Positions 11,319-19,847 are shown, numbered from the stretch's first letter. The stretch: DNA of 64,000 nt from Candidatus Giovannonibacteria bacterium (GCA_016186825.1 JACPKW010000006.1:3191-67190); one strand, 5' to 3'. Translations and numbers: made by a program. Notes: generated by a model from the sequence alone, not told the origin.

Positions 11319-11365
11319 AAATTTATTGCCTGCAGCGCAGGCAATAATCTGTTATCATTTAAATA

Positions 11366-12652
11366 ATGTCCAAAGTTCAGTTTTTTATAATAGTTTTTTC
11401 GATTTTTATCGCGATTTTGGCAGTTTTAGTCCTGTCTGGAGTGCTCCCCGGATTGGATCCGCTCGGAAGCGAGAACCCGGTTGATTTAGTTATCTGGGGA
11501 ACAGTCCCTGAAAATGTTTTTGCAAATCAGGCCTACGAGTTAAAAAAACTTCGTGAAAACATTAATGTTGCTTATGTTCAAAAACCCGCCGCTGACTTTG
11601 AAAACACTGTAATAAATGCCTTGGCTTCCGGCTCCGGCCCAGACTTAGTTTTGGCGAGTTCCGACTTAATAATCAAGCATCAAGATAAATTCGAGCTCTT
11701 GGATCAGAAAACTCTCACGGAGAGAAGATTCCACGACGCGTTTCTTGACGGCGCAGACATTTTGATTAAACAAAACGGGATAATTGGATTGCCTCTCGTA
11801 ATAGACCCACTTGTTCTTTACTGGAACAAGGATCTTTTTTCTAACGAAGGACTCGCTAGCCCGCCCAAAACCTGGGAAGAGTTTCAAAACTATTCGCGCG
11901 CACTTACAAAAATTGACGGATCGGGAAATATTTTAGAGTCCGGCGCCGCTCTGGGTCTTGATAAAAACGTGAGGCATTATAAGGAAATTCTCTCGATGCT
12001 GATGAGGCAAGCCGGAAACCCAATCATTGACGCCCAAACCACCCAGCCGGTGCTTGCCGAGGAAAACAGCCAAAACGCCAGGGCCGCAGAAGACGCGCTC
12101 CGATTTTACTCTGAATTCGCGCGCCCCCAAAAAGCTTCATACAGCTGGAATTCGTCGAAGCCGGATTCGAGGCAGGCTTTTCTCGAAGGCAAGCTCGCGA
12201 TGTATTTCGGCCTCGGCTCGGATTTTCAATATTTAAGGGACGCCAATCCTCATTTAAATTTTGATATCGCATCCGTTCCGCAGAGCGGCACCGTAAAATC
12301 AACATCCGGAAAATTTCTGGCATTTGTGATCTCGAGGCAATCGCCCTATAAAGCCGAGGCCTTCCAGACCGCGAGTTATTTTGTATCCTTAAACCCAATT
12401 TCAGATATTGCCGCAAAAATTTTTCTCCCTCCCGCGCGCCGCGATTTTGCTTCAACAAAAGTCAATAATCCCGTGATGGCAGTCCTTGTTTTAGAAGCAG
12501 TGCGCGCGCGGCTTTGGCCGGACGTCAATTCGGAAAAAACTTCTGAAATTTTTTCAGACATGATAAAATCGGTTTATAGCGGCGGGAAAAGCGCCTTAGA
12601 CGCCGCGCGAGATGCGCAAAGCAAACTTGAAGCTCTCTATAATCAAAATTAA
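11366..12652 (+). CDS. ABC transporter extracellular solute-binding protein (family 1-like)
   Basis: 428 aa, N-terminal anchor/signal, SBP-like fold pattern. Confidence 0.7.
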   Translation: MSKVQFFIIVFSIFIAILAVLVLSGVLPGLDPLGSENPVDLVIWGTVPENVFANQAYELKKLRENINVAYVQKPAADFENTVINALASGSGPDLVLASSDLIIKHQDKFELLDQKTLTERRFHDAFLDGADILIKQNGIIGLPLVIDPLVLYWNKDLFSNEGLASPPKTWEEFQNYSRALTKIDGSGNILESGAALGLDKNVRHYKEILSMLMRQAGNPIIDAQTTQPVLAEENSQNARAAEDALRFYSEFARPQKASYSWNSSKPDSRQAFLEGKLAMYFGLGSDFQYLRDANPHLNFDIASVPQSGTVKSTSGKFLAFVISRQSPYKAEAFQTASYFVSLNPISDIAAKIFLPPARRDFASTKVNNPVMAVLVLEAVRARLWPDVNSEKTSEIFSDMIKSVYSGGKSALDAARDAQSKLEALYNQN

Positions 12653-13601
12653 TAAATTTTTCATTGCTTCTTTTTTAGCCATTCTTTTAGGAATGGCTTT
12701 TGTGTTCTCTTTTTCTGAAGCATACGCGCAAGCGCCCATTGTTCAGTGCGGAAACCCCGGTCAGCCCATGTGCAATTTGTGCGATCTTTATACGGGAATA
12801 CGCCGTATAATTAACTTTCTGCTCGTAGGCGTAGCAGTGCCGCTTGCAACCGCAGCTATGATCTGGGGAGGGATCGTGCTTGTTACATCTGGAAGTTCCG
12901 ACCGCCATACTTTAGGAAAAACGATTCTTTGGTATACGGCATTAGGCTTTCTTATCACACTCGGAGCGTGGCTTATTGTAAATACGATTCTTGATACCGT
13001 TGGGTTTAGACTGCCCTTCGGAACGGGCCAATGGTGGAACTATGAAATCTGCAAAAAATTTGACGAGTTTAAAACTGTAACTGGCGGACCCTCTGTCCCA
13101 ACAACCCCCACGACGCCGACGATGCCTTCAGTACCAACGACTGGTGGCCGAAATTGCCCAAACTGCACAAACCTGTCGCTTTCAGCAACGAATACAGCTT
13201 GCCGAAAAACCGCATCAGGGATCTGCCAGATTGATGCGAGCACAAATGAAAAACTAAAAACCTTGCAGAATGAATTGGGTAAGTCTGTAGAGCCCCTGTC
13301 CTTAACAATTACTGAAGCTTACCCTCCTATTCTTGTGCAATGCGCTTATCAAGGCCAAAAAGATTGTCATAAGGATGCCTGTCATTGGGACGGGACTTGC
13401 GTCGATGCTAAATTAATAGCCCCAACGTATACCGGAAAACAAATTGGTGATGTTGTAACAAGGGCAAAAAACGCCCAGCTTGACGCTTATTATGAAGTTG
13501 CCGATAAAACGCGCGCAAATAAACTGATAAGCCAAGGAGTGCCTGCAAGCAATATCTGGGTAACTGGAGCCAAGGAACACTTCCATATCCGCTCGAAATA
13601 A
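12612..13601 (+). CDS. TrbC/VirB2-like T4SS pilin domain fused to PT-rich linker and Cys-rich C-terminal domain
   Basis: N-domain IRRIINFLLVGVAVPLATAAMIWGGIVLVTSGSS..ILWYTALGFLITLGAWLIVNTIL matches the pilin family of the three downstream genes; linker PSVPTTPTTPTMPSVPTTGG; C-domain has 10 Cys; start uncertain (overlaps upstream gene). Confidence 0.5.
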   Translation: MRKANLKLSIIKINKFFIASFLAILLGMAFVFSFSEAYAQAPIVQCGNPGQPMCNLCDLYTGIRRIINFLLVGVAVPLATAAMIWGGIVLVTSGSSDRHTLGKTILWYTALGFLITLGAWLIVNTILDTVGFRLPFGTGQWWNYEICKKFDEFKTVTGGPSVPTTPTTPTMPSVPTTGGRNCPNCTNLSLSATNTACRKTASGICQIDASTNEKLKTLQNELGKSVEPLSLTITEAYPPILVQCAYQGQKDCHKDACHWDGTCVDAKLIAPTYTGKQIGDVVTRAKNAQLDAYYEVADKTRANKLISQGVPASNIWVTGAKEHFHIRSK

Positions 13602-13695
13602 TTATCCATTTCACAAAAACCGCCTGCTTGCTAAAATTATTAGTATATTACTAAGCATCAAAGGTCATATAAATTAAAGGTTTTTTAGTTAAATT

Positions 13696-14040
13696 ATGAA
13701 AAAAGTCGCAAAAAAAATATTGCCTTATGCCGCCGCAGGGCTTCTGCCCCTCTTGGCTTTTGCCCAAACGGCAGAGTCAATTATCACTAGAATTGATCGA
13801 ATTCTCCAACAAGTAATTCCTATTCTTCTGATAATCGGCACGATCGTATTTCTGTGGGGAATAATTGTTTTTATCACAGCAGGCGCTTCTGAAGAGAAAA
13901 AGAGCTATGGAAAATATTTGATTATTTACGGACTTGTTGGCCTCTTTGTGATGGTGGCGATCTGGGGAATTGTCGGAGTTCTTGTAAACACTTTCGGAGT
14001 GGGGGGTAGGCGCGTTCCTCGCGATGTTGGCGGAATATAA
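13696..14040 (+). CDS. TrbC/VirB2-like (T4SS) pilin family protein
   Basis: 114 aa; signal peptide; IPILLIIGTIVFLWGIIVFITAGASEEKKSYGKYLIIYGLVGLFVMVAIWGIV two-helix pilin signature. Confidence 0.6.
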   Translation: MKKVAKKILPYAAAGLLPLLAFAQTAESIITRIDRILQQVIPILLIIGTIVFLWGIIVFITAGASEEKKSYGKYLIIYGLVGLFVMVAIWGIVGVLVNTFGVGGRRVPRDVGGI

Positions 14041-14055
14041 GCAGCAACTTTTTTA

Positions 14056-14328
14056 ATGCCTGCATTGATTGCATACGCCAAGAGCGCGGATGAGATAATT
14101 GATATAACGATTGCCGAAGTTATCCAGCCGTTTCTGATTGTTTTATTCGCGCTCGCGGCGATTCTCTTTTTCTGGGGAGTGGTCCAGTTCATCATGAACC
14201 CCGATAGCGAGGATAAAAAGGCGAGCGGGAGGCAGCATATGATATGGGGGCTGATCGGACTTGCAATAATGTTCGGCGTAAATGGGATTATTAAAATTCT
14301 TCAAAACTTCGTAGGACAGATAAAATAA
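14056..14328 (+). CDS. TrbC/VirB2-like pilin family protein
   Basis: 90 aa paralog (FLIVLFALAAILFFWGVVQFIMNPDSEDKKASGRQHMIWGLIGLAIMFGVNGI). Confidence 0.55.
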   Translation: MPALIAYAKSADEIIDITIAEVIQPFLIVLFALAAILFFWGVVQFIMNPDSEDKKASGRQHMIWGLIGLAIMFGVNGIIKILQNFVGQIK

Positions 14329-14329
14329 T

Positions 14330-14836
14330 ATGGACTTTTTAATTCCCGTAGCTAACGCGCAGACCTTCAAAGGCGCTGCGGACAATATCACAAACGCTCT
14401 CGAATCAGTCATCCCGATTCTCTTTTTAATCGCGACAATCGTATTTCTTTGGGGCGTTGTTTTATACATCACAGCGGCAGGTTCGGAGGATAAAAATAAA
14501 AAGGGGCATAAATATATTATCTGGGGGCTAGTCGGTTTGTTTGTAATGGTTGCCGTTTGGGGACTTGTAAGATTAATCACATCACTTGTTTTTGGAACTG
14601 CGATTTTGCCCCGTTCTGCTGATATCCCGTGTTTACCCGGACAAACCTGTAGCTCGAGTAATTCCGGAAATTCCGCCGACTGGAACTCTGGAGGAAGGTA
14701 TGAAGGCTGGTATCCGGAAGACCAAGAAGATGAATCAGGAAATAGTATAAATGTCAACAGCGGCGTATTTGAAGTCCCTACTCCGACAGATCCATGCGAA
14801 GGCGACAACCCGGCATATTGGGATCCTGACTGTTAA
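14330..14836 (+). CDS. TrbC/VirB2-like pilin family protein with Cys-containing acidic C-terminal tail
   Basis: 168 aa paralog (IPILFLIATIVFLWGVVLYITAAGSEDKNKKGHKYIIWGLVGLFVMVAVWGLV). Confidence 0.55.
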   Translation: MDFLIPVANAQTFKGAADNITNALESVIPILFLIATIVFLWGVVLYITAAGSEDKNKKGHKYIIWGLVGLFVMVAVWGLVRLITSLVFGTAILPRSADIPCLPGQTCSSSNSGNSADWNSGGRYEGWYPEDQEDESGNSINVNSGVFEVPTPTDPCEGDNPAYWDPDC

Positions 14837-14973
14837 TGTATAAATCAGGACTAAAATTCAGCGCAGGCGCAATTGGTTTGATAATCATAGGAATTGCGTT
14901 TCTCCTTATTCTTCAGGCAGTGAACAAAAATTCCGAAAATCAAGCAGCAAATATTTTGCAAACTGAAAATTAA
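14836..14973 (+). CDS. small single-TM protein (45 aa), start overlaps upstream stop (TAATG)
   Basis: MYKSGLKFSAGAIGLIIIGIAFLLILQAVNKNSENQAANILQTEN; below ORF-track length cutoff, read directly from sequence. Confidence 0.3.
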   Translation: MYKSGLKFSAGAIGLIIIGIAFLLILQAVNKNSENQAANILQTEN

Positions 14974-14985
14974 TTCAAGTAATTG

Positions 14986-15056
14986 TGCGGCCAGCGAGAA
15001 TTGAACTCGCGTCTCGTCCTTGGCAAGGACGCATTCTGCCACTAAACCATGGCCGC
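14986..15056 (-). tRNA. tRNA-Gly (GCC)
   Basis: GCGGCCA/TGGCCGC acceptor, anticodon loop TTGCCAA, TTCAATT T-loop. Confidence 0.85.
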
Positions 15057-15097
15057 AATGAATATTATTTTATCTGATAAAAATCAATTTTTCAAAG

Positions 15098-15179
15098 TGC
15101 CTCCGAGAGGATTTGAACCTCTAACCCCTTCGGGACGGCGTTCTAAGCGCCGCGCGTATGCCAGTTCCGCCACGGAGGC
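15098..15179 (-). tRNA. tRNA-Leu (TAG)
   Basis: GCCTCCG acceptor, loop CTTAGAA, long variable arm GTCCCGAAGGGGTT. Confidence 0.85.
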
Positions 15180-15185
15180 ATTTTG

Positions 15186-15269
15186 TGCCCGGAGTGGGGC
15201 TCGAACCCACAAGCCCTTTCGGGCCGAGGATTTTAAGTCCTCTGCGTAAACCAATTCCGCCATCCGGGC
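15186..15269 (-). tRNA. tRNA-Leu (TAA)
   Basis: GCCCGGA acceptor, loop CTTAAAA, long variable arm. Confidence 0.85.
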
Positions 15270-15292
15270 ATTTAAGTTTTTTTAATCTTCGG

Positions 15293-15483
15293 AGGCCATG
15301 GCGGGACTCGCACCCGCGTATAGCGGTTTTGCCCGCCTGCCAGAGCTTGAGGCCTGGGAGGGATTCGAACCCTCGTATATGGGTTTTGCAGACCCATGCC
15401 TTACCTCTTGGCTACCAGGCCATATTTGCTCAGGCCGATTGCGGGCAGGCAGACCGCCGCGTTAGCTTCTTCGCCACATGGCC
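15293..15483 (-). tRNA. candidate interrupted/split tRNA (Gly-GCC-like) whose anticodon loop contains tRNA-Cys
   Basis: 5' part 15448-15483: GGCCATG-TG-GCGA..ACGC-G-GCGGT-CTGCC; 3' part 15293-15330: AA-ACCGC-TATAC-GCGGG-TGCGAGT-CCCGC-CATGGCC-T; acceptor 7/7 and anticodon stem 5/5 complementary; D/T loops non-canonical. Confidence 0.4.
15350..15421 (-). tRNA. tRNA-Cys (GCA)
   Basis: GGCCTGG/CCAGGCC acceptor, loop CTGCAAA, GGTTCGAATCC. Confidence 0.85.
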
Positions 15484-15549
15484 AGAAATCCTTTGCGATA
15501 TTATATCATTCGATGAAAATTTTAAAGACTGATTTTTTATTTATTTTTT

Positions 15550-15879
15550 TTACTTCGCTTTCTTCAAGAGGCTCTCGATTTGAAGGCGCTTCTTCTCAGA
15601 TTCGTCCAGGATAAATTCAAGTGTTGGCACGAATTTTGTTTTGATTTGAGACGCCAAATGAAAACGCATTTCTTTCTTCAAATCCTCTAAGGAGTTTAAC
15701 ACATCTTTTTCCCTCGAATCAGGCCACACAGAAAAAAATATTTTCAAATGATTTAGGTCATCCGAAATCTCAACTTTAGTCACGCTAAATGTTCCATCCT
15801 TTATGAAAAGGTTCTTTTGCAAAAAAACTGATACTGTTTCGTTATATAAAGATGCGAGTTTCTCCTGGCGATGGTTCAT
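15550..15879 (-). CDS. rbfA: ribosome-binding factor A
   Basis: 109 aa, immediately downstream of infB, RbfA-like KH fold pattern. Confidence 0.7.
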   Translation of the reverse strand: MNHRQEKLASLYNETVSVFLQKNLFIKDGTFSVTKVEISDDLNHLKIFFSVWPDSREKDVLNSLEDLKKEMRFHLASQIKTKFVPTLEFILDESEKKRLQIESLLKKAK

Positions 15880-17408
15880 CTTAAATTAAACTGAACTTTT
15901 TTAATTTCCTCTTCAAAAATTTCAAGAACGTCTCCGGGCGCGATCTCAAAAGCAATTTCAGCCAAAACCCCGAACTCACTTCCCTCTGAAACTTCCCTTG
16001 CTCTCATTTTCCCCGATTGCAGTTCTAATATCCTCCCCTCGCCTAACGGAAAATCTCTCCTTAAAAGCGTGATTCTTTTTCCCTCCGTGATTAACCCCGA
16101 TTCAACGCGGCCGCCGACAATCTGCTTTGATCCATCTTTCTTAAAAATTTTTAGAATCCGGGCGCGTCCGAGAACTTTTTTCTGTTTTTCTTCGGGCAAT
16201 CTTTTTTCTATTTCACCCTGAAGCCAATCGCCCATTTCATAAATAAGATCGAAAGTTTTTACAGTTACCATAAACCGCTCTGCCAGATCAAGCGCGCTTT
16301 TTTCTGCTTTAACCCGAAAGCCGATAATTATTGTTTCCTTCCCTCCCGCGGCAAGTTTAATATCATCTTCCGTTATGTTGCCCACTTCAGAGCGGAGATA
16401 ATTTATCGTGGCTTCAGGAATCTCAAATTTTTTTAATTCGCTCTGCAATGCCTCGAGCGATCCCGCTGTATCTGCTCTTAATATTACGGGAATGGCTTTC
16501 GCGCCCTCTCCTGAAATTTGGGCAGGCAGGGCTGAAATTTCCGGAAAATTCTTCAGCGCAAACTCTATATCTTTTTGCGTGGGAAACGTGTTAAAAACTG
16601 CGCCCACGCTAGGAATATGCTCAAACCCTACGACGCGCACAGGATTCGAAGCTCGAGCGCGCTCAATATTTTTGCCTTCAAAATTTTCAAGAATTTTGAT
16701 TTTAAGGTATGCCCCTCCTGCCAATATAAAATCCCCCTTTGAAAGCTCCCCCTCGCAGATTAAAAGAGTCGCGGCATTTCCACGTTTCGGATCCAGATGC
16801 GATTCAATAACGACACCCGAAGCTTTTTTTGATAAATCCGTTGTTAATTCTTCTAAATCAGAGAGCAATAAAATCATTTCCAACAGCTTTTCGATACCTT
16901 CTCCAGTTTTTGCCGAAACAGGTAAAACAGGAACTTTGCCGCCCCATTCCTCTATTAAAACTCCCTTTTCGCCAAGTTCTTTTTTTACGCGCGCCGAATC
17001 TGCCGTCTCCTTATCAATTTTATTCAATACAACAATGAAAGGTATTTTTGCCTCGTTGATCGCCTTGAGAGACTCCTCCGTTTGTGGCTTGACGCCATCG
17101 TCAGCCGCCACCACCAAGAGCGCGATATCGGCTACCCCCGCGCCTCTCGAACGCATTTTCGAAAATGCTTCGTGACCGGGCGTATCAATGAAAGTTATTT
17201 CATGCTCAATATTTTTTGAGTCCTTCAAGGTTATAACATACGCGCCGATATGCTGTGTTATTCCTCCGGTTTCCTTCGAGGCGATTTTGGTGTCGCGAAT
17301 TCTGTCCAAAAGGCTGGTTTTTCCATGATCAATATGCCCCAAAACAGCGATCACAGGCGGACGCTTCGTCAAAATTTTATTATTTTCTTTTACTAAATTT
17401 TTCTCCAT
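15876..17408 (-). CDS. infB: translation initiation factor IF-2 (short form, G-domain through C-terminus)
   Basis: 510 aa; VIAVLGHIDHGKTSLLD (G1), DTPGHEAF (G3), NKID (G4). Confidence 0.9.
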   Translation of the reverse strand: MEKNLVKENNKILTKRPPVIAVLGHIDHGKTSLLDRIRDTKIASKETGGITQHIGAYVITLKDSKNIEHEITFIDTPGHEAFSKMRSRGAGVADIALLVVAADDGVKPQTEESLKAINEAKIPFIVVLNKIDKETADSARVKKELGEKGVLIEEWGGKVPVLPVSAKTGEGIEKLLEMILLLSDLEELTTDLSKKASGVVIESHLDPKRGNAATLLICEGELSKGDFILAGGAYLKIKILENFEGKNIERARASNPVRVVGFEHIPSVGAVFNTFPTQKDIEFALKNFPEISALPAQISGEGAKAIPVILRADTAGSLEALQSELKKFEIPEATINYLRSEVGNITEDDIKLAAGGKETIIIGFRVKAEKSALDLAERFMVTVKTFDLIYEMGDWLQGEIEKRLPEEKQKKVLGRARILKIFKKDGSKQIVGGRVESGLITEGKRITLLRRDFPLGEGRILELQSGKMRAREVSEGSEFGVLAEIAFEIAPGDVLEIFEEEIKKVQFNLR

Positions 17409-17480
17409 GTTTTGAGACGATAATAAAAAAATCTCTGCTGATGAACTTGTTAATTTAATCCACTTATTAGCTTTGAATAA

Positions 17481-17933
17481 TCAACTTTTTCGGAGAGCGT
17501 CTTCTACCGCCTGCAGCTCTTCATTAGAAAGTTTGTAGGTCGATGTGCCCTTGTCCAACGGTTTCGCATAAATTCTCGAAGTATCTCGCCCATAAAGCGA
17601 CGAGAGTACAATTCCGTTTTTTCGCTCATCCATTATTGCCAATGCAAAGCTTTGGTCTCCGCCTGCGTCTTTGAAAGGATTAAACCGGACGATCCCGACA
17701 TGCTGGGCGGAACGATTAAGCCTTTTTTCAACTGATTCTAAATACTTTTCCATATCTTCGCGCGAGCCATGCAAAGCTTGGAGCTCACGCGCAATTTCTC
17801 TCAAAATATTTTCTAGATCGCCGGGTTTTTTTCCCCCGAATACTTTTCGCAAACGAGCTTCCAAAAAAATAGCCCAAACAATTGTTAAAAATGCGAACAC
17901 ACCGACGACATAAATTAAGATTTGCTGATTCAT
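17481..17933 (-). CDS. hypothetical membrane-anchored protein (DUF4446-like)
   Basis: 150 aa, N-terminal TM, charged coiled region. Confidence 0.4.
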   Translation of the reverse strand: MNQQILIYVVGVFAFLTIVWAIFLEARLRKVFGGKKPGDLENILREIARELQALHGSREDMEKYLESVEKRLNRSAQHVGIVRFNPFKDAGGDQSFALAIMDERKNGIVLSSLYGRDTSRIYAKPLDKGTSTYKLSNEELQAVEDALRKS

Positions 17934-17964
17934 GTATGATTTAAAAAATAAATGTTTCGCTCAC

Positions 17965-18054
17965 TGGCGGAGGCGGGAGGATTCGAACCTCCGATACCCT
18001 TTCGGATATACCGCTTTTCGAGAGCGGCCCGATCAACCACTCCGGCACGCCTCC
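17965..18054 (-). tRNA. tRNA-Ser (CGA), CCA encoded
   Basis: GGAGGCG acceptor, loop CTCGAAA, long variable arm, terminal CCA. Confidence 0.85.
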
Positions 18055-18220
18055 TTAAACGCGACCCACTAATGACCCACTAAAAAATATCTTAAATTTT
18101 AACCTTATTTCACGTTTTTTACAAGAAAATAAAATATATCGTCGGAAAACTCTAAAACAATATTAATAAAAAATCAATGCGAAAAGTCGCGTTTTAACTG
18201 ATGAAAGGAGAATTTTGAAA

Positions 18221-18247
18221 TTAGCACTCTATTGACAAGACTGCTAA
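18221..18247 (+). promoter_or_regulatory. CIRCE-like HrcA operator overlapping a TTGACA-16-TAAAAT promoter upstream of hsp20
   Basis: TTAGCACTC-TATTGACAA-GACTGCTAA (consensus TTAGCACTC-N9-GAGTGCTAA, 1 mismatch); -35 TTGACA at 18232-18237, -10 TAAAAT at 18254-18259. Confidence 0.6.
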
Positions 18248-18302
18248 TTTTAATAAAATTACGATAAAAAGGTCGAGATTTATAAAATAATATTTTACTA
18301 CC

Positions 18303-18800
18303 ATGAAAATAATCAGAAAAAATGAAGAGAATAAAAGGAGCGACGAGCAAGCTATGCGCCCTCTTCAGAAACGACATTTAATATCGCCGTGGCGCACATT
18401 TGATCGCTTCTTCGAAGATCCGTTTTGGGAATCAGATTTCCCTGTTCTTTCGCTTAAACCCTTTCGATCGATGGGATTCCCTAAAGTTGACGTTTCAGAA
18501 ACAGAAAATGAAATTAAAATCGTCGCGAATGTCCCGGGGATAGATCCAGAAAAAATCGAAATAGAAATAGACGACGACACGATCACACTCTCGGGAAAAA
18601 TTGAAAAAGAAACTGAAAAGAAAGATGAAAAAGTATATAGATACGAGCGGGAATACGGGGAATTTCGTCGGGAGTTCGCACTTCCAGCTCGAGTGAAAAC
18701 GGATCAGGTGCAGGCAAAATGCAAAGACGGTGTTCTCACAATCACGCTTCCAAAAACGGAGGAAGAAAAAAGAAAGAAAATAAAAATTGAAAAAGAGTAA
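18303..18800 (+). CDS. Hsp20/alpha-crystallin family small heat-shock protein
   Basis: 165 aa; alpha-crystallin domain (..FPKVDVSETENEIKIVANVPG..KDGVLTITLPK). Confidence 0.85.
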   Translation: MKIIRKNEENKRSDEQAMRPLQKRHLISPWRTFDRFFEDPFWESDFPVLSLKPFRSMGFPKVDVSETENEIKIVANVPGIDPEKIEIEIDDDTITLSGKIEKETEKKDEKVYRYEREYGEFRREFALPARVKTDQVQAKCKDGVLTITLPKTEEEKRKKIKIEKE

Positions 18801-18803
18801 TCT

Positions 18804-18830
18804 AAAATCCCCGCGCAGGCGGGGATTTTA
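18804..18830 (+). terminator. rho-independent terminator after hsp20
   Basis: AAAATCCCCGC-GCAG-GCGGGGATTTT hairpin with T-run. Confidence 0.6.
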
Positions 18831-18841
18831 GATTCAAGAAG

Positions 18842-18912
18842 TGGACCTAGAGGTAATCGAAACCTCGCCTCATCCATGCCATGGATGCGTTCTGCCACTG
18901 AACTATAGGCCC
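18842..18912 (-). tRNA. tRNA-Ala (GGC)
   Basis: GGGCCTA acceptor with G3:U70, loop ATGGCAT. Confidence 0.8.
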
Positions 18913-18949
18913 CCGCTGGAATTTTAGCGGATTTGTTATTTTATACAAC

Positions 18950-19201
18950 TTAAACTTGCGTATTGTCTTTTCTCGAAAAAACGTAGAGATAAAGAATTTC
19001 GAGAATCCCGACTGTGTTTATGACGAGAAGAGCTACAAACCACGCCTTCTCGCCGCGCCGCGCCGCGCGCCAGAGCGCGAGCCCTTTCCAAATAAACGAC
19101 CAGATTATCACTATTGAAAGTGAAATCCAGAACCAAGAAGGCAAATCACCCCACACGGGCTTCGCCCATCCCTGAAACGTATTTTGAAACCATTCGATCA
19201 T
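18950..19201 (-). CDS. hypothetical small membrane protein
   Basis: 83 aa, two hydrophobic helices, W-rich. Confidence 0.4.
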   Translation of the reverse strand: MIEWFQNTFQGWAKPVWGDLPSWFWISLSIVIIWSFIWKGLALWRAARRGEKAWFVALLVINTVGILEILYLYVFSRKDNTQV

Positions 19202-19216
19202 GTTATTTTTTTTTAA

Positions 19217-19798
19217 TTAATAAATAAGTTGATATGAATTAATAATTTTCTGACCAATAGTAAATTCCTCGGTTGATTCTTTTACAGATTTAGGAACATC
19301 AATATTCCAAGCGGATTGTTTCCCGTATTTTGGATCAGGGCTTCCGAAATCTGCGATAGCGTTAAAATTACCATCTATATAAATCAGAATTCGATAATTG
19401 ACCGGAACTCCTATATACCCCGGAAGATCATATCGTTTGGGGCTCTCAATATTAACTCCAATACTTTTAATATTTCCCTTATCGCTGGTCCAAACATTTC
19501 GGCTCGTATCAACCAACTTCCAACCATCCGGATATTTTACCTCAAAACCATATTCCGTATTTCTATAAGTTTTCCACCCCGCGGTTTCGTCATTCTCTTG
19601 CTCGGTCTGCTGATTTTGATTTTCGACAGGAGCTGGAGCTTCGGCCTGTTTGATCCAAATATAATATGAAACACCGATAATTATTGCGATGAGAACTATT
19701 ATTAAATCAGTTCGCTTGCTCATGAAATTTTGTAAAAAATTAACTATTAACATTATACTATAAAAAACTGTTCTGTCACACCTCACAGTAGACAACAA
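19217..19798 (-). CDS. anchored secreted protein, same family as the 32.3-37.3 kb paralog array (start probably internal Met MSKRTDLII..)
   Basis: TM anchor, QNQQTEQEND linker, WKTYRNTEYGFEVKYPDGWK motif shared with P4 (WKTYRSEKYGFELKYPLELK). Confidence 0.5.
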   Translation of the reverse strand: MLSTVRCDRTVFYSIMLIVNFLQNFMSKRTDLIIVLIAIIIGVSYYIWIKQAEAPAPVENQNQQTEQENDETAGWKTYRNTEYGFEVKYPDGWKLVDTSRNVWTSDKGNIKSIGVNIESPKRYDLPGYIGVPVNYRILIYIDGNFNAIADFGSPDPKYGKQSAWNIDVPKSVKESTEEFTIGQKIINSYQLIY

Positions 19799-19813
19799 AG
19801 AACCCCACCATAA

Positions 19814-19847
19814 ACTTCATATTTGCACGATCGTGAGAATATGAAGT
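19814..19847. repeat. nested palindromic element copy 1 (ACTTCATAT-TTGCACGATCGTGAGA-ATATGAAGT)
   Basis: 9-bp outer inverted repeat around CACGATCGTG palindrome; second copy at 50138-50171. Confidence 0.5.

Noticed and set aside
15049-15614. Three plus-strand ORFs (66, 124 and 72 aa) across the tRNA cluster
   Set aside because: They overlap four to five tRNA genes on the opposite strand. Their composition is Pro/Arg-rich and antisense-like.
16408-17175. 255-aa plus-strand ORF
   Set aside because: Antisense to infB. Ser/Ala/Pro-rich shadow ORF.
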